Of a stretch of DNA of 64,000 bases, positions 36,553 to 48,570 are shown piece by piece (position 1 is the stretch's first letter; every line of letters starts with the position of its first letter). The notes under the pieces are model-generated. The model was not told the origin of the DNA, ran no database searches, and saw nothing but the letters and a program-made list of their open reading frames with translations. The DNA lies in contig MU053652.1 of the NCBI GenBank assembly GCA_013239625.1, positions 4,887,902 to 4,951,901 of the forward strand, read 5' to 3'. Source of the stretch: Lama guanicoe (Eukaryota). The position numbers were made by a program, and so were the translations under genes.

Positions 36553-37199
36553 TGGTATCTCTCTCTGGAGTCCATGTCCTTCTTCTCCCCTTGGCTTAGC
36601 TGATGCCTGCTCATCCTGAAAAACTCAGCCTAAGCAGTACTTCCTTCAGAAGTCTTTTCTGAATCCCCGGTTGTACTGAGAGAATCCTGTGAGTTGCAGA
36701 GCACGTATCTCCTGGTACTCTGCCGATGAGCTCTTGAGCCTGCCAACTCCTTGATGGCAAAAAACAGTTTCCTTGACTTTGTGGTCCCAATTCTTAGCAT
36801 GGTGCCTGACACACAGTAGAAAGTCAGTACGTGTTTCGTAAATGAATTAAATGAAAAGAAAATCCATATGCCAATCACTGGCACTCATCTATTGATCTGT
36901 CTTGGCTTTAAAGAATCTTTGATTCAAAGATTATAAAAGGAAGATAATCTCAGACAAACAAAATCTTTCTTTTATTATCTATCCAAACATAGTCCTTGGC
37001 ACATAGTTTCTGGGGCAAAGGCCTGCTCTGAGTATCTGCCTCATTCTTCTAGCTACTGCCCTGCACACAGGTTCTGTCTGACAGCCAGGCTGGGCAGGGG
37101 GTGGATCACAAATGCTCCAGGCCAGAAGGTTCTGCAGTTTCCACTTTCACATCTGAAGGACAGACCAACAGCTCCTTATGAGAGGGAAGTGGGAAGGGA

Positions 37200-37420
37200 A
37201 TTAATATTTATTGGGTACCTGCTGTGGGCCACACACTGAATTAGGTTCACAGTCATGCATGTTGCCTGAGTTAATCCTCACCACCTTTTTATGCAGTGGT
37301 TATTTTTAGTCTCACTTTTCTGATAAGGAAATGAAGGCTTGGGGAGGTTAAAGCAATTATCCAAGGTCATCGAGTAAGTACGGGAGCCAGAATTTGAACA
37401 CAGTCCTGCCTAATTACAGA
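37200..37420 (-). mobile_element. MIR SINE
   Basis: TTTATTGGGTACCT..TGTG.GCCA, TTAATCCTCAC, GATAAGGAAA.GAAGGCTT...CCAAGGTCA...GAATTTGAAC. Confidence 0.7.
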
Positions 37421-40400
37421 GCCCAGCTATTGTCACTAACCAGCGGGCAGAATGATTCGCTGACATCCATGAGAATCACACTCCCAGGTGTCTAAGAGTT
37501 TTCTGGAGCCCTGACCCAAGGAGTGGGAGGCCCATTAGGGGACGGAGGAACACATGCAGAGAAAGGCCGGGAAGCGGACCTAGGGAGAGGCATCTGTCTT
37601 CCTGTTGGCCCTGTCTGCTCTGCTCTTGGGCCGAGGGGTGATGTGTCAGCACAGAGGAAGAAAGTCATTAAGAAAGCCGCAACTCCCCTCTGCACAGATT
37701 TGCCTGAGCTTGTTTCCCCAATGATCCCACGCTGAGCACTTCAGTTAGCGTGTTCTGGGCTCATTACCCTCTGGGACTCGTTGCATCTATTCTCCGTTGG
37801 TTGCTCAGCAGGAGCCCAGCCCCGGGGAACGCATCACCGCCTCCCTGACTGCCTGGGAGAGCCATGGGCTGCAACCCACTCTCTTGGGCTGGGAGGTGGT
37901 CAGGCTAGAGCATCCCTCTGTCTTGAGGCCAATAGATTCCACCGCTCCTATTTCATTCTGCCCCTGCTGTCCTGGACTCCGCAGAGGAATGCCATAGGAG
38001 ACAGACACCCAGAGAGGGCAATCTCACCTCTGAAGCTACAGGGGCTCCTTTAAATCCCTGTGGTGGGAAGATCAGCCGCACCAAGAAAACAAGGACAAGG
38101 AAAACTAGTCTGACGGAGCTGCGAGGGGAGGGGCGCAGGTCGTGGAGAAGGTTAAGGATGAAGGATGAGGCAAACCCGGCACACCTGGCCGCCTGCCCTA
38201 GCCCCCTGATTGGATCTGCCTTTTTAATCCTCTGACCAAAACAAAATCCTTCCGGCTTCCCCAACTGAAAACTAAGCTCATAATTGCAAAGCCCAGAGAA
38301 TTTATTGCCGCGGAGGTGAGGAAATGTGAAATTCATAACCATCCTGCAGGGCAACAGATCAGGCAGACGTCCATCCTATTAGAATAACTCTCCATCACAG
38401 ATAGCCATCTTATTACATTCAATGGTTAAGCCTGTCCCCACACCACAGAGATGCCCACTATATGGTTTTCTGCTCACCTTTCTGAGTACATTCATCAGCC
38501 CGTTTTGTTTCCTCTGCTGCAATCGGCCTCAGAATTACAAACTGCTGAGCGGCAGCAGAAGTTTTAAATTAAGCATTCATGGGCGTAGGTGAGCTCGGGA
38601 AATGATGGTGGGTCGCGAGGCAGGCAGGCAAGATTTAGTGTCTTGTGTGTGGGGGAAAAGCTGAGGCTCCTCAACAAGACTTGATCCAGCCAGGGATGCA
38701 GAAGCCGGGGAGAGGCGGAGAGGGGAGAAGGCCGGGGAGGAGGAATTTAAAAGCTCTCTGGTCAAAGGGCCAGACAAGCCACATGGCAAAATGGAAATGA
38801 CTGGAGACTTTGAATCACAGCTAATGCCAACCTCCGCGCAAGGCATAAATATCAGAACAATGGATGTGTGAGGTGGGGACCTTGGGAGGACAGCCAGCCA
38901 GGTGCGTGAGCCTCCCTCTGCTTCCCTTTGGGCATTTGTAGGCTCCACGACTCCATCTCCTCCAGCTAGTTCTGGGTCACTGGGCACGTACAGCCCAGGT
39001 ATGCGACAGCAGAGGCTGCACTAGCAAGGCTTGTCTTGAGGTCACATCGGGGCAGAACTCTTCCTCCCCATCCCGGTTTGCATTAGGAGGTAAAATCACC
39101 TCTCTTTCCTGCCCCTGGGGAGGTCTGCGAAGCCCAAACAAGGACTCGTGCCTGTGCTGCGGCTGTTGCTACTACAACTGACCACCACATGGGTCACTCG
39201 CTCAGCCCCAGAAGGAGGCCCAGGGGACGGCAGATGACTTACTGACAGCGGCCTTAATGGTGATCAGTGGTGCGGGGAAGACGGGCAGCAGCAGGCCCAG
39301 CTCTCCTGGGCCCACCCCCTGCACCAGCCATTCCCATCACCTCGTTTTATTTTCTTTTATTGCAAAGCAGCTCCAGTGTGTGGGCAATAAAGCTCCGATT
39401 GCCGCACCCACAGGCTGGGGTCGGGGAGTGCTCGTCAGCGAGGGGCGAGGCGGCCCAAGCAGGGGCTGATTCCCTCAGGAGAACAGTGCCAGAGGATCCT
39501 CCCTGAGTCTGAAAGGCCCTCTGCAGACCAGCAGCAGCAGGAAACACTGAAACTCTGGCTTCTCCCAAGCCTCCCATCCATCCAGGATCCCCATTCTCTG
39601 CTTTCTCATTTTGCAGCCCTCCCCAAAACACCTCATTTTTCTCAGCTCCTTGCTCCTGGGCAAACCTCCTTCCACCACCATTCACACATCCCACGTCTGT
39701 CTTTTGAACAATTTTCTTTTCCACAGTCTTCTAGCTGCTTGGGGGAAAAACATTATCTTCCAAAGTGACTGGCCTCTTGCATCAATTTCTTTGATACCTG
39801 CGAGCCATTCAGACCCCTGATGGGAGTGCAGGCAAGAGGGGAGAATTACCGGGCACAGCCCCTGACGGCGGTGGGGAACAGGGGAGAGTTCTTCACTTAA
39901 GAGCCAGCAGCCTCGGGAAATGGAAGTGCTGGAGTGGCAGAGGGTTAGAGAGGGTCTTCCTGAAGTTTCAGGTACAGGCTTGTATGGGATAAATGAGGCA
40001 TTAGGGAGAGGAAAGAGCGGCTGCTACCTGGCTTACTGCCAAAACACAGGGTGATGACTTCTCAAAGCCCCAAATGGTTTACAAACATAAAACCTTTGCC
40101 AAAACTTGTCCTTAACAATTTGAAAGCCTTAAAACTCCATAACTGCCTCTCTAATGAGAGCTTTTAGAGACCTTCCACCACCAATTGTCTATAACACTCT
40201 AATCTGGTCACACCCTGTTCAAAACACATCTGCAAAATTTTAAATGCAATCCATTTGATTTATGCTCTATTTTATGCCAATCAATTCAAGATATTTATGG
40301 GTCGATTCTGTAGGCATTGGAGCTGCACTGTCCACACAGCAGCCACGAGCTCTCATTGGAAGTTCCTCAAGGATAGTGGCTGGGACTGGTCTCTTCACAT

Positions 40401-41680
40401 CATTGACTTTCTGACAGATCTTTTTACTTTCACATTAGATTACTAAATTATGCTTATGTTTATTTTAGTTAACTGAATTAAAACTCTCATTTAAAGATCC
40501 ATTAAAATGTTACAAATGTGGGGAAAAAATAAACAAACATGACACGACTATAATTCTCCTGCCCCAGGGACCCACTGCTGTTAACACTGAAATCCCAGCA
40601 GAAACAATTTTCAGGTGCAAAGTAGGGTGGGATATAAGACTGGNNNNNNNNNNNNNNNNNNNNNNNNNNNNNNNNNNNNNNNNNNNNNNNNNNNNNNNNN
40701 NNNNNNNNNNNNNNNNNNNNNNNNNNNNNNNNNNNNNNNNNNNNNNNNNNNNNNNNNNNNNNNNNNNNNNNNNNNNNNNNNNNNNNNNNNNNNNNNNNNC
40801 ATGCAGACACACACAGGCCTCGTCAACAGCTCGGCTCGGAAGACAGTTCTGTCTGGAGGCAGGATGGCCACACCCCTCTGGGGGGATGCTGCCGCCAAGG
40901 AGACTGCACCAATGGGGAAGACAGATGAGGAAGGAGGGAGTCTCCTTAAAATGCCCATTCTAGGGTGGGGTGGGAAGACAAGCTATGACAATGAAGTGGA
41001 GTCAAAAAGGGGAGGGGAGCCAGATCCAACCTTGATTGACAGGCTGCCAGGAAGAGAGCTTGTTCAGGGTACCGAGACAAGCAGCGAGGGGCATGGGGTG
41101 AAGGCTGGTGTAAGCGGCCTATAAAGCATGAGCAGAAGAAAGGGGAGCCCGTAGTCCTAGCCTCTGCCCTCCCCCAACCCCCGCCCAGCAGCTCTCCTGT
41201 ACCTGATGCCGCCCTGGGACAGCCTGAGGGAACTACACAACACCCAACCTGAACCAAAGGTCATCCTGGTCTCCTCCCCAATCCAGATGTTCTCCTCACG
41301 CCTCTGGGAGGTGCTCAGCTACTATCAAAATATTCCCTAACAGGGGGCTCTCTATTTTAAGAAGAGCCCATCCCGCTATTTCGAAAAGTCTCATCTTTCA
41401 GCTTAAAACCCACCAACCTGTATTTTCTCCTACTGGTCTAAGTTTTGTGGTCTGGAGCGATTTGTAACAAATCTGATCTGGATTCCCTTTTCTTTATTCA
41501 CCTGTGGGTGACTTTGGGAAAACTCTCTGACCCCAAATACTTCTCAGCTCTGAGGGCTGCTTTGAGAATTAGATAAGAAAGGAGGGACTAACACAGTGCT
41601 TAGCAAAACCAAGTCCACTGCCTCCTTCTACGAGACAGCCATTTGTATTACTAATGCTTGTTCTGTTTTGCTTGTTTATT

Positions 41681-42143
41681 TGTTCTTAAGAAAGTAAAAT
41701 AAGGATTTATTAAGAGATAGAGAGTACACTTTCAAGGGGAGAGCAGGTAGGCTCAGGTGAGCAGCTGCCCTGAGTTTCTTTTACAAGTTGGTTACACAGA
41801 ATATAAAAATGAATGGGCAGAATATTCAACGGGGAGGGAAGGGTTTGGAGTCGTATTCCCTGATTTTCATTCCAATTCTACCTTCCCGAAGGGAGGAGGG
41901 ATTTTTGTTAGTCTAGATCAGAAGTGTCATGGCATTGGAGCATGATGGTTACCTTCTAATCTGCAAAGATAATTTTATTGAAATGAGGGCATAATGAGCA
42001 AAAGGTTACATTCAAACTCTGGAGACTCCTACCTATTCCTTCTGCCTTTGTTGGTCTCCAGGCCACTTGTCACCCTAAAATGTATGACCACTTATCAGTC
42101 CAGACGTTCCCTGCCTTTTCTTTATTCTGTTTTTCTCTCCTCA
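41681..42143 (-). mobile_element. Solo ERV LTR, probably lineage-specific
   Basis: Minus strand begins TGAGGAG and ends AAGAACA, with AATAAA (41711-41706) ~25 nt from its 3' end; boundaries approximate and no clean TSD seen. Confidence 0.55.
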
Positions 42144-45100
42144 TCCCTACTGATTTCTTTTACTCCCTGGACCTGGATCCCACCCGCACGCTATACACCT
42201 GGTCCCTTCCTAGGAATGCTCCTCCATTTATGAAGAACTGTCTAAAAAACACTCAGAACTGAACACAGTATCCCAGATGTTCCTTGAGCAGCAGAATGAC
42301 TACCTCCTGTGATCTATAAACTATTTCTCTATTAACGTAATTTTTATCAGTCATTTTACACTGTTGTTAGTATATAGTTTGTAGTAAACAAAATGCCTTG
42401 GGGTAATTTTCAAATGAACTGCCATCAAGATAGGTCACCTTCATCTGGTAATTGTGTAACTGGTTTTTTGAACTTAAACATAGGACTTGGCATTTGTTAC
42501 AACTGGTAAATTACATTTTGCCTTGTAAGGTGCAGCCCATCTCTATACTTGTAAGAAATTTTGAACCCTGATTTTCTGTCCTAGCAGAACACATTCTTGC
42601 TCATCTCAAATGTGATAAGTATGCCTTCTGGGCTCCCACCTAAGTCTCAAGAAGGGCAGAGAAACCCAGGAACAGAAACAAACTTGTACTGTAGCTCCAA
42701 GATGCTCCCTATGTAAGGAGTTGGTGAATACTGTTGAGAAGGAAAAACCTATGGTGGGAGCCTGTGGGAAGCCCTGGGCAGAGCATACCAGACAGAATCA
42801 GAGAAGGACAAGGTCTGGATTCAACCCTCCGGAGAGCCCTCCTTCACAGTATTTTAGGTTTGGATAAGTGAAGTTAGTGCATTTTACCAGGACCCAGAGA
42901 TGGGTTGAAAAGGAAGACGAGGCAGAGGAGAGCTTAGAAGTGTCTCAGCAACGATGTGCTTCCTCAGCTCGGGAGGGCTGCCTGGGCTCTGTCCCCTCCC
43001 AGGGCCCCTCATCGTGGCGGCTCTGCCTATCTTCTTGGAACAATGGTTTTCTCACATAATTATAGGAACTCTCTGGGGAAGCCTGGCTGGGTCACAGGTA
43101 GATGGCTGTGGGAATGCAGAAAAGGCACTTGGCAGCAGCACAAAAAGTGGATTTGCAGGCGACATGATAAATGGAAGAGGGATTTGGGCCCAAGGACCAG
43201 GGGAAGATGGTGCGAGGGAGGACCAAGAAAGAAATCAGCCAGGAACTTGAGGCTGAAACAAGTTTTTTTTTTCCTCCATAGATTGCTCTGATGGCAAAAC
43301 CTGTGGACTTCTGAAGGGCATGTGGGACTCATCGGGGGTCTGACTCCCTGGATTTTACTTATTATAAAGACCTCTTTCTGGATCATTCAGCAGCAATGAT
43401 CTGGCTATGGTGCAGTAACGGAATTGCTCGAGTCAGTAGAAGGCAAAACTTGCAGAGGCCTTCTTTTCTCTGCGTGAGGCTGGGGGCTGTGAGGGTGAGA
43501 TGCCCCGGGGGAAGGGGGAGGGGGAGGATCGGTGAGGTTGGGGGATCTCATCCTACTTTTCTCTTCAGGACCTGCTAGGTCACACCGACTCAATCGGTCA
43601 TTAAATGATACAAAAATGCAGTAAAGATAGCCAGAAAACAGTGGTTTTTACAAAAATTCTTTGTCTCCAGAGGGGCATTCAACAGAAGAAACCTCCATGT
43701 ACAAAAAAGGAGAGAAAGAAAAGGGCGAAAACTGGGTAAATATCTTTCTGTTCGCTCCTCTCTTACACATGCACACACACACACGCATGTGCACTAGCTG
43801 CTGGTTCAACCTCAGGAAAACTGGATGGGACCAACCCTGCGGTCCCCGAGGCTACCTGCCTGGGACAGGGTGTTGGCTGAGGTCAGTTCTTGATACAGAA
43901 AGCAGTGCTCTCTGGCAAGCCTTTCCTGTGTGTGTGTTTACCCTGGCCTCCCTGGTTTCAGCCAAGCTTCCACTGAATGACCCTAAAACATCAGCTCAGA
44001 GTCTCTATCACCTTCACATCACCTCCAGAGATCCACTGTTCTCCTGAACTCACCATGCTCTCCCTTCCTGCACGCCAGGGATTTTCCTCCCATAATTGCT
44101 TATTAATATCACCCCCCCATTTTATGGTTGAGAAAACTAAAGGTTAACAAGTTAAGTGCCTTATGTCTAAGGCCACGCAGCCAGTAAGTGACAGGGCCAG
44201 AATTCAAAAGCGGGTCTCTGATTCCTAGGTCCACGCTGCCAACAATCACGCCACCCTGCTGCACTCACAGGGCAGGAGATGGGAAGCTCTTCAAGTCTTC
44301 TGGTCTTAGCAACAGAGGAGTTGAGAGGTGGGGGGCGGCTGGAACCATGGTGGACCCAAGAGGAAAGGGAAGGAAGAGGGGAACTGGGGGGGCCCTGTGT
44401 CAGGAATGGCAACTGAAGAGACACCTGTCCCCCTCGGGAGGCGTTGGAGCAATGGGGGCAGCTTAGGGAAGTGAGCAGCTGTGCGAGGACGAGTCAGGAA
44501 GAACGAGGGCTGGCAGATGAAAGTCCGGAGCAGACGGGCCTTGTTTCTTTTATCTGGAGTGGAAAGAGGAAACCTTCTGGGGGATGAGGCACAGCGACAG
44601 ATCAATCGCTGAGCCCTCCACAGTGCTGTGAAATTCAGACCTACAGGGGAAGGAAAGAATGAAAAGCTCTGGGGCTTGAAATGATGCTGGATCTGCTCCT
44701 GTTAGGGTAGCAGAGAAAAAGGGGAGATGAGGAAAGAGTGGGGAGATAACAGACCCACAGGGGTAAAGGTTCTGGCCCCACATCTACCCTCAGGAATGAC
44801 TGCGAGGCGAAATTATCTGAGGCTGCTTGGAAGGTGCATAGAAAGGCTCTGCAATGCTGTAACCTTTCCCCAAGGTCTCCAGTGGACAGAAAGATGGACA
44901 TACAAGCACCCATGTGGACAGCTAGGAGGGCTGCAAAGCGGAGCACATCCTGACACTGCACCAAGCCAGCAGGCAGAAGTAGCATGCCGAGGAGTGATTA
45001 ATATTTCACGTGGAGAACGGAAGCTCTCTTACACCAGCAGGGATGATACCCATACACATGGATGTTAGCCCTCTCCTAACAGCTTTCTGCTTTCTTGCCC

Positions 45101-46589
45101 CCAAAACAAAATCAACTGGTCCTGGCAGCTCCTCCCCACCTCGCTCTGCCACACAGCGGGACAGGCCACCCTGGGGAGTTGTTTTAGTCGGTGACACCTC
45201 CCGTCCCTCCTTCCCTCTGTTCCCCAGGCTGTTACCAAACAGCCTGCGTGTTTCCCCAGTTCATCCCACTCTTTCCAATCAGCGCTAATTGAACCACTTA
45301 ACTCAAAGACAATAACGTTTGTCGTTTCAAACCATTAAGAAAAGCGTCTCAGTTGAGGCGTTCTGCAGCGGGCCTGCTCCAGGACGGTGGTGCACCGCTC
45401 ACAAGGATGCCCACAAGGCACACTCAGTGTGTAAACATGCACACAACAGCTCCAGGAGAAATTTTCCAAAAGCATGGTCAGCAAGTGTCAGCCTGTCGTT
45501 TACAATAGGGTTTCCTGAATTATTAAAAAAAAAAAAAATCCTTGCCAGTTCTAATTCAGGGCCTGGAAATTGCAGCTGTGGTCTCCTCCCCTTCCATCCA
45601 GAGCTTCAGCTTCCTGTGTTCTCTAAGGTCTGGAAAGAATAGGAAAGAGGAGAAATGCACACCCCAGATCCTGACTCACTTGGCAATGAGAATCTTTACG
45701 GGGCAGGTGAGAGAAGGGGAGATAGAAGAAGTACATTCCCCAGACCCTCTGGGGGTCCCCTTATCTCCCTGTCATAAAGATGTCCACAAGCGACGGGGTT
45801 AAAGAAGAGGTACACAGGGCACCAAGGTTTGACATCCTCCCCACGGCCTTAATACAAGCCTTACAAGGCCGCAGGAATGAGAGAGGGCCCAGGAGAGCAG
45901 CGCTGCAGGCAAGGACAGGGAGATGCACTGCTCAGCCCTCCGGGGCCTGGTGAGGCAGAGAGAGGACAAAGAGCAACAGGAAGAAGGGGCGAAACATCGG
46001 AGACTGGAGGGAAGGGAAAGGAGAGTAGAGGAGGGGAAGGAAGGCGGGAGAGTGACCCCAGACCTATTTTAACACTGTGAGCAGAAGGAGGAAAACGTAT
46101 TTTTAGTGACTTAAGATAATGAGTGAAAATAGCTCAGAGCAGGGGACAGACAGGCCTGTGGGTTCTCATCTCAGCCGCTGCTTCACGCCAGCGTGCCTTT
46201 ACGGTGGATCACTTAACTTCACTGGGGTTGTGTTTTCTTATCTCTAGATGGGGGATGGGATCAGACTTCTGAGCTTCCAGCTCTCAAGCACTCTGATTCC
46301 ACCCCTTGGCTCTGCACCCTCAGGCTGCATGCCCAGTTCTACCCCCTCTTGCAAGTTCCTCTCCTGCTAAGACCAGGGCCGAAACTGCTCTGGTACAGCC
46401 GCCTGTCTTCTGACTTTTCGGATCTCTGCTCAGCTAGTTTGTCTCTTTTTGAGTTTGGGGGCTGTGCCAAGAGGGGTTGTCTCTTCTGCCAGTGGGTTCC
46501 AAAACTGATGCCTTCCCCCCTTAAAAGTCCCACTGAGTAACATCGAGCCTAATCAGTTCATCAACAGCTGCGGGGGCCCAGAGAACAGA

Positions 46590-46835
46590 AGAGATGCTGT
46601 CAGAGTGGAGACAGGCAAACGCTAGTCTGAGCTTTAAAAAGGGGAACAAAGAATAGAGCAAAGAAAAGGAAAGATGATGGATTCCATGAACCATAGGTAA
46701 GAAAGCTTAAAGTCTGTCCTGGACCAAATCCCAGACGCAGTTGCTGAATGTAGTTTGAGGGTTCTTAGAAAGCAGTGATCATTAAGAGATGACTTGTTCG
46801 TGAAAACTAAATCAGACTAACCTCATTTCCTTACT
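46590..46835 (+). mobile_element. CR1/L3 LINE reverse-transcriptase remnant
   Basis: Fragments translate, with frameshifts, to EWRQAN, FKKGNK, DSMNHR, SLKSVLDQI and QTNLIS, in the order of the CR1 ORF2 motif WxxANVxPIFKKGxKxDPGNYRPVSLTSxPGKI...SCQTNLIS. Confidence 0.65.
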
Positions 46836-47504
46836 GGGTGGGGGTCACTCGTCTGTAAAATGAGGAGTCTATCACCACCCCGCTTTTTCCAACGACAGAA
46901 TTATTTTAGGTGGGGCAATGATAGGACATAGAATGACAAGCACAAACTGAATCATTCCCTGTTCACTTTCTCAACTCCTCTGAATAAGTTACGGTGAAAG
47001 TCTTGGTTAGCTGCTGATCTGTCTTTAGCATCGCTTTCACAAAAACAGGGCTCAGAGCCTTGCAGGCAAGCAGGATTTATCCAGAATTCAGTAACTCTGT
47101 TCTGCATCCTCTGTATTTATTTTTTAAATTTCCTTTCATTTGTGGTAAGTGATGTTTCCGTTTTTAAAAGTTCCTCTTAAAATAATTTCAGAAAGAACAG
47201 ACTGATTTAAAGAAAAATGTGAAGGAAATAATGGTGAAGAGAGTACTTGGACTTGGCAATAGCACATGGATGGTAAAAGAAGTTCAGGAGACGTGGCTGT
47301 AAATTCAGCGCAGCAGGGCAACAGCAGGGACGCAACCACTTGGTGGCACTTAGGCTGCCTGAGTCTCTGGGCACTTGCTGTGGGAAGGCCCAGCAGCTGC
47401 CACTCAACAGCCATTTCCCCTTCTCCCTGCTGGCAAGTCTCTGTCATTTTTCCTTGTGGTATCTCTGTGTGCGTCGGGAAAATACAAACTGACCTATGTT
47501 ATTT

Positions 47505-48150
47505 TTTGTGACATGGGACTCGCTGGCAGCTGAGGGGGACTTATGGACCCCTCATATCATAGAATAATATTTTTGGATACATTAATTAAAATACATAGGA
47601 CTGCAAAGGAAACCAATTATACTGAAATAGTTATTAAAATATTTTAAAAACCCACCTAAATCAGGATATAAGGTATATTCCTCTTTATTAACACATCGGG
47701 GGGAGGGTATAGCTCACTTGATAGAGTGCCTGCTTAGCAAGCATGAGGTCCTGGGTTCAATCCCCAGTACCTCCATTAAAAAAACAAACAAAAGTAAAGA
47801 AACCTAATTAACTCTCCTCAAACAACCATAATGAACAATCAAAAACAATACAACTAAAGTTTAAAAAAATTATTTAAAAAAACACATTGAAGAAAAAGAT
47901 CTAGCAGTAGTTCTGAAATCTCTAATTTTAAAGCAATGATAAGAGTAAATACTATAATGAAATTCTTGTAACTACTATAATGTGATATAAAAATACTTGG
48001 GATTTCTATTGATGATAGTCACAGATACACTAGTTTTACTATGATTTTTGGCTTACACTTATATTCAAAGGACGTGCTAAATTTGAATTAGAGGTTAATA
48101 AAAATAAAGACATAATGTTTTCCCCCATCCAAATTCATGGACCCTATGAA
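47505..48150. mobile_element. hAT-Charlie (Charlie4-like) DNA transposon remnant split by the SINE
   Basis: Blocks TATGGACCCC, AAATACATAGGA..GCAAAGGAAACCAATTATA and TTAGAGGTTA.TAAAAATAAAGA...CCCATCCAA.TTCATGGACCC; subfamily from memory. Confidence 0.65.
47698..47880 (+). mobile_element. Camelid tRNA-derived SINE (long-tail form)
   Basis: GGGGAGGGTATAGCTCA...GGTTCAATCCCCAGTACCTCCA head with A and B boxes, A-rich tail, TSD AACACAT (47690-47696 / 47881-47887). Confidence 0.9.
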
Positions 48151-48189
48151 TCGCTGATCTCAAGTCAATCATGGGAGTGAGGAAGAGGA

Positions 48190-48570
48190 GCTGTCTTTCC
48201 TGGGCCCACATCATAGTTTGGCAGTGGCATCTAAATCTGGACAATAAGACATAAGAGGAAGTCAGGAGAGAGGCATTTGGGGAAGGATTTTTTTGCTTTT
48301 AAAGAGATGCGTGAACAAGACATTGCTTCTCCTGCCTTCGGAGACTGGTGTGTGGGCTTGCAATGCCTGGCGCTATGGCAACCATCTTGCAGCCAAGAAA
48401 GAACTGTGGTCATGCTAAGAGAATGGCTCAACAGAGAACAGGGTGCCCGATTCTGACCTGGAGCCACATCTCAATTAAACTAACCCACCCTGGAGCTGCC
48501 CTATTTTGGGAGTGATTTTTTACATGAGATGATACATCTCCTGCTTAGATGTTCTATTACTTATATAGGA
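48190..48570 (+). mobile_element. Old MLT1 (J/K/L-type) MaLR LTR
   Basis: ATGCCTGG.GCTATGGCA.CCATCTTG, CCCTGGAGCTGCCCTA and TTACATGAGA blocks. Confidence 0.6.

Noticed and set aside
47698-47777. tRNA-Ala-like sequences (also 54580-54659 and 58225-58300)
   Set aside because: Mutated stems, A-rich tails and TSDs show they are SINE heads, not tRNA genes.
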